A stretch of DNA of 54,435 nucleotides, the filler included, from Bipalium vagum (taxonomy: Eukaryota), in NCBI GenBank assembly GCA_037834085.1. It is 3 parts of 3 records of this genome, joined end to end, with 100 filler letters (N's around TTAATTAATTAA, not from the genome) between each part and the next. Parts side by side here need not be neighbours in the genome. Positions count along the whole stretch, not along the records: positions 37,713 to 54,435 come from JBBMKC010096642.1; 2 more parts are not named here. One strand, given 5' to 3'. A program made the translations under genes and the position numbers. Positions 53,106 to 54,435 of this stretch are shown here, piece after piece. Numbering within the stretch: the first letter of the stretch is position 1; every line of letters begins with the position of its first letter. The notes below the pieces were generated by a model. That model made no database searches. It saw only the letters and a program-made list of their open reading frames with translations, and was not told the DNA's origin.

Positions 53106-54435
53106 GTGAGCGCCATAAAGTTATTTTAGGATTGTTGTCAACCGAATAATTTTTCAAAAATTTTTGTAACCTTTAGATTTGCATATTTATGCTGACCTAT
53201 AAATAATAATATGTCACGATATATAATGAATATATATAAATAATAACATATTAAATATAACATTTATTTATCTTCATTTAAAACTAAATGCCATTGTTTT
53301 ACTCAAAATAAATTAATAAAACAAAATTGAATTTTAGTATAGAAATGTAGATCTGTAGATCTGATGAAATCAATAATTTTATTTTAATTTTTAGATTTTT
53401 AAATTTTCATATTTTTTACAAATTTTAACAACAATGGCTTATATTTTTGTGAATAAAATAAATATTTGGATGTAAGAATTTTGCATTTTAATTTTGTTAA
53501 AAATAATGCAGAACTTATTCAACGACTCAATATTTGCTTTCTTAATCAAAAATATGTCTTGATTTTTTGTACCAAAAATTAATATAGGTTTCCTATTGTA
53601 CTCAATATTTTCATTAATTAGTATTTATTTGCTTTTTATCTGATGTAATCTCAGAATTATTAATAATCTCAATTTAATTATATTTAATTCTTCTCATCTA
53701 ATTCCAAATTCTTCGTATCATTTTCGTGTCCCACATTTATATACGCCTTGGCAATTATTAACTTATATTATTTTTTATTATGAAAATGGAATTGGTATGA
53801 TATCAGGAAGGGAATTAAAAATTCTCCCTATAATAATCAGCAGAAAATCAGAAAAACATCTAATTAGTAATTTTTCGTATATACAAAAATCATTTGATTA
53901 ATGTTAATGTCATAAATTTTTCTAAATATGAACTTTTCTTGTTTTGTACTTTGTTATAAATTTAATTATCAAATAGTGTAGCAAATTATAAAATTTCTTT
54001 CCCGTAAAGTTTATAAAATATATTTTTATTATTTCATCAAACCAAAATTGTCAGTTTTATTATTTTATTATTACAATTGATGTATTTTATATTTTTCTCT
54101 TTTTTCATTTGTTATTTCTATTGATTTTTAATATTTGATTAATATTTATTTTATTTTTTAATTTATTTATCAGCATTTTTCTGAAAAAAATGTATTCATT
54201 TTTATTTTTATATTACTAAAGTAGGTGGGTTGCTTTATGATTAATTTAAAAATTTATTTTTGAATTAATAATATTTCTATTATGAAGAAATATCACATTT
54301 TTCAAGGTTTATGATTTTTGTTTTATAAATAGATTTTTATAGACATAAGACTAATCATATAAACGATAAAAAACTGTTTTGTAGCTTTATATCAATTATT
54401 ATTAATAAAATTTAAATATAAATCTGTAAAAATAA

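Overview
Very AT-rich eukaryotic (animal) draft-assembly DNA with spliceosomal introns, (AAT)n microsatellites and three N gaps. Composition, ~50-nt introns and TE content suggest a planarian flatworm (inference only). Two host genes are arranged head to head. On the minus strand is a CNPase-like gene (N4BP2/PNK-like kinase fold plus 2H phosphodiesterase) with three phase-consistent exons at 10083-9618, 7028-6708 and 5457-5198; its 5' exon(s) were not found. On the plus strand is an unkempt (tandem CCCH zinc finger) gene with nine phase-consistent exons at 40790-53105, whose 3' end was not found. The rest is a transposon graveyard: rosa/DD41D, maT, Tc1, many mariners, pogo/Tigger, hAT, three Gypsy pol remnants, and three dispersed fragments resembling Maverick/Polinton (adintovirus-like) genes (integrase, penton, PLA2-like). 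The most notable points are the altered second catalytic motif (HMA) and missing CAAX tail of the CNPase, the Polinton-like relics, and a GC-richer multi-hairpin island near 19.7-19.9 kb. All homology calls come from remembered motifs, not from database searches. I found no clearly new complete system.
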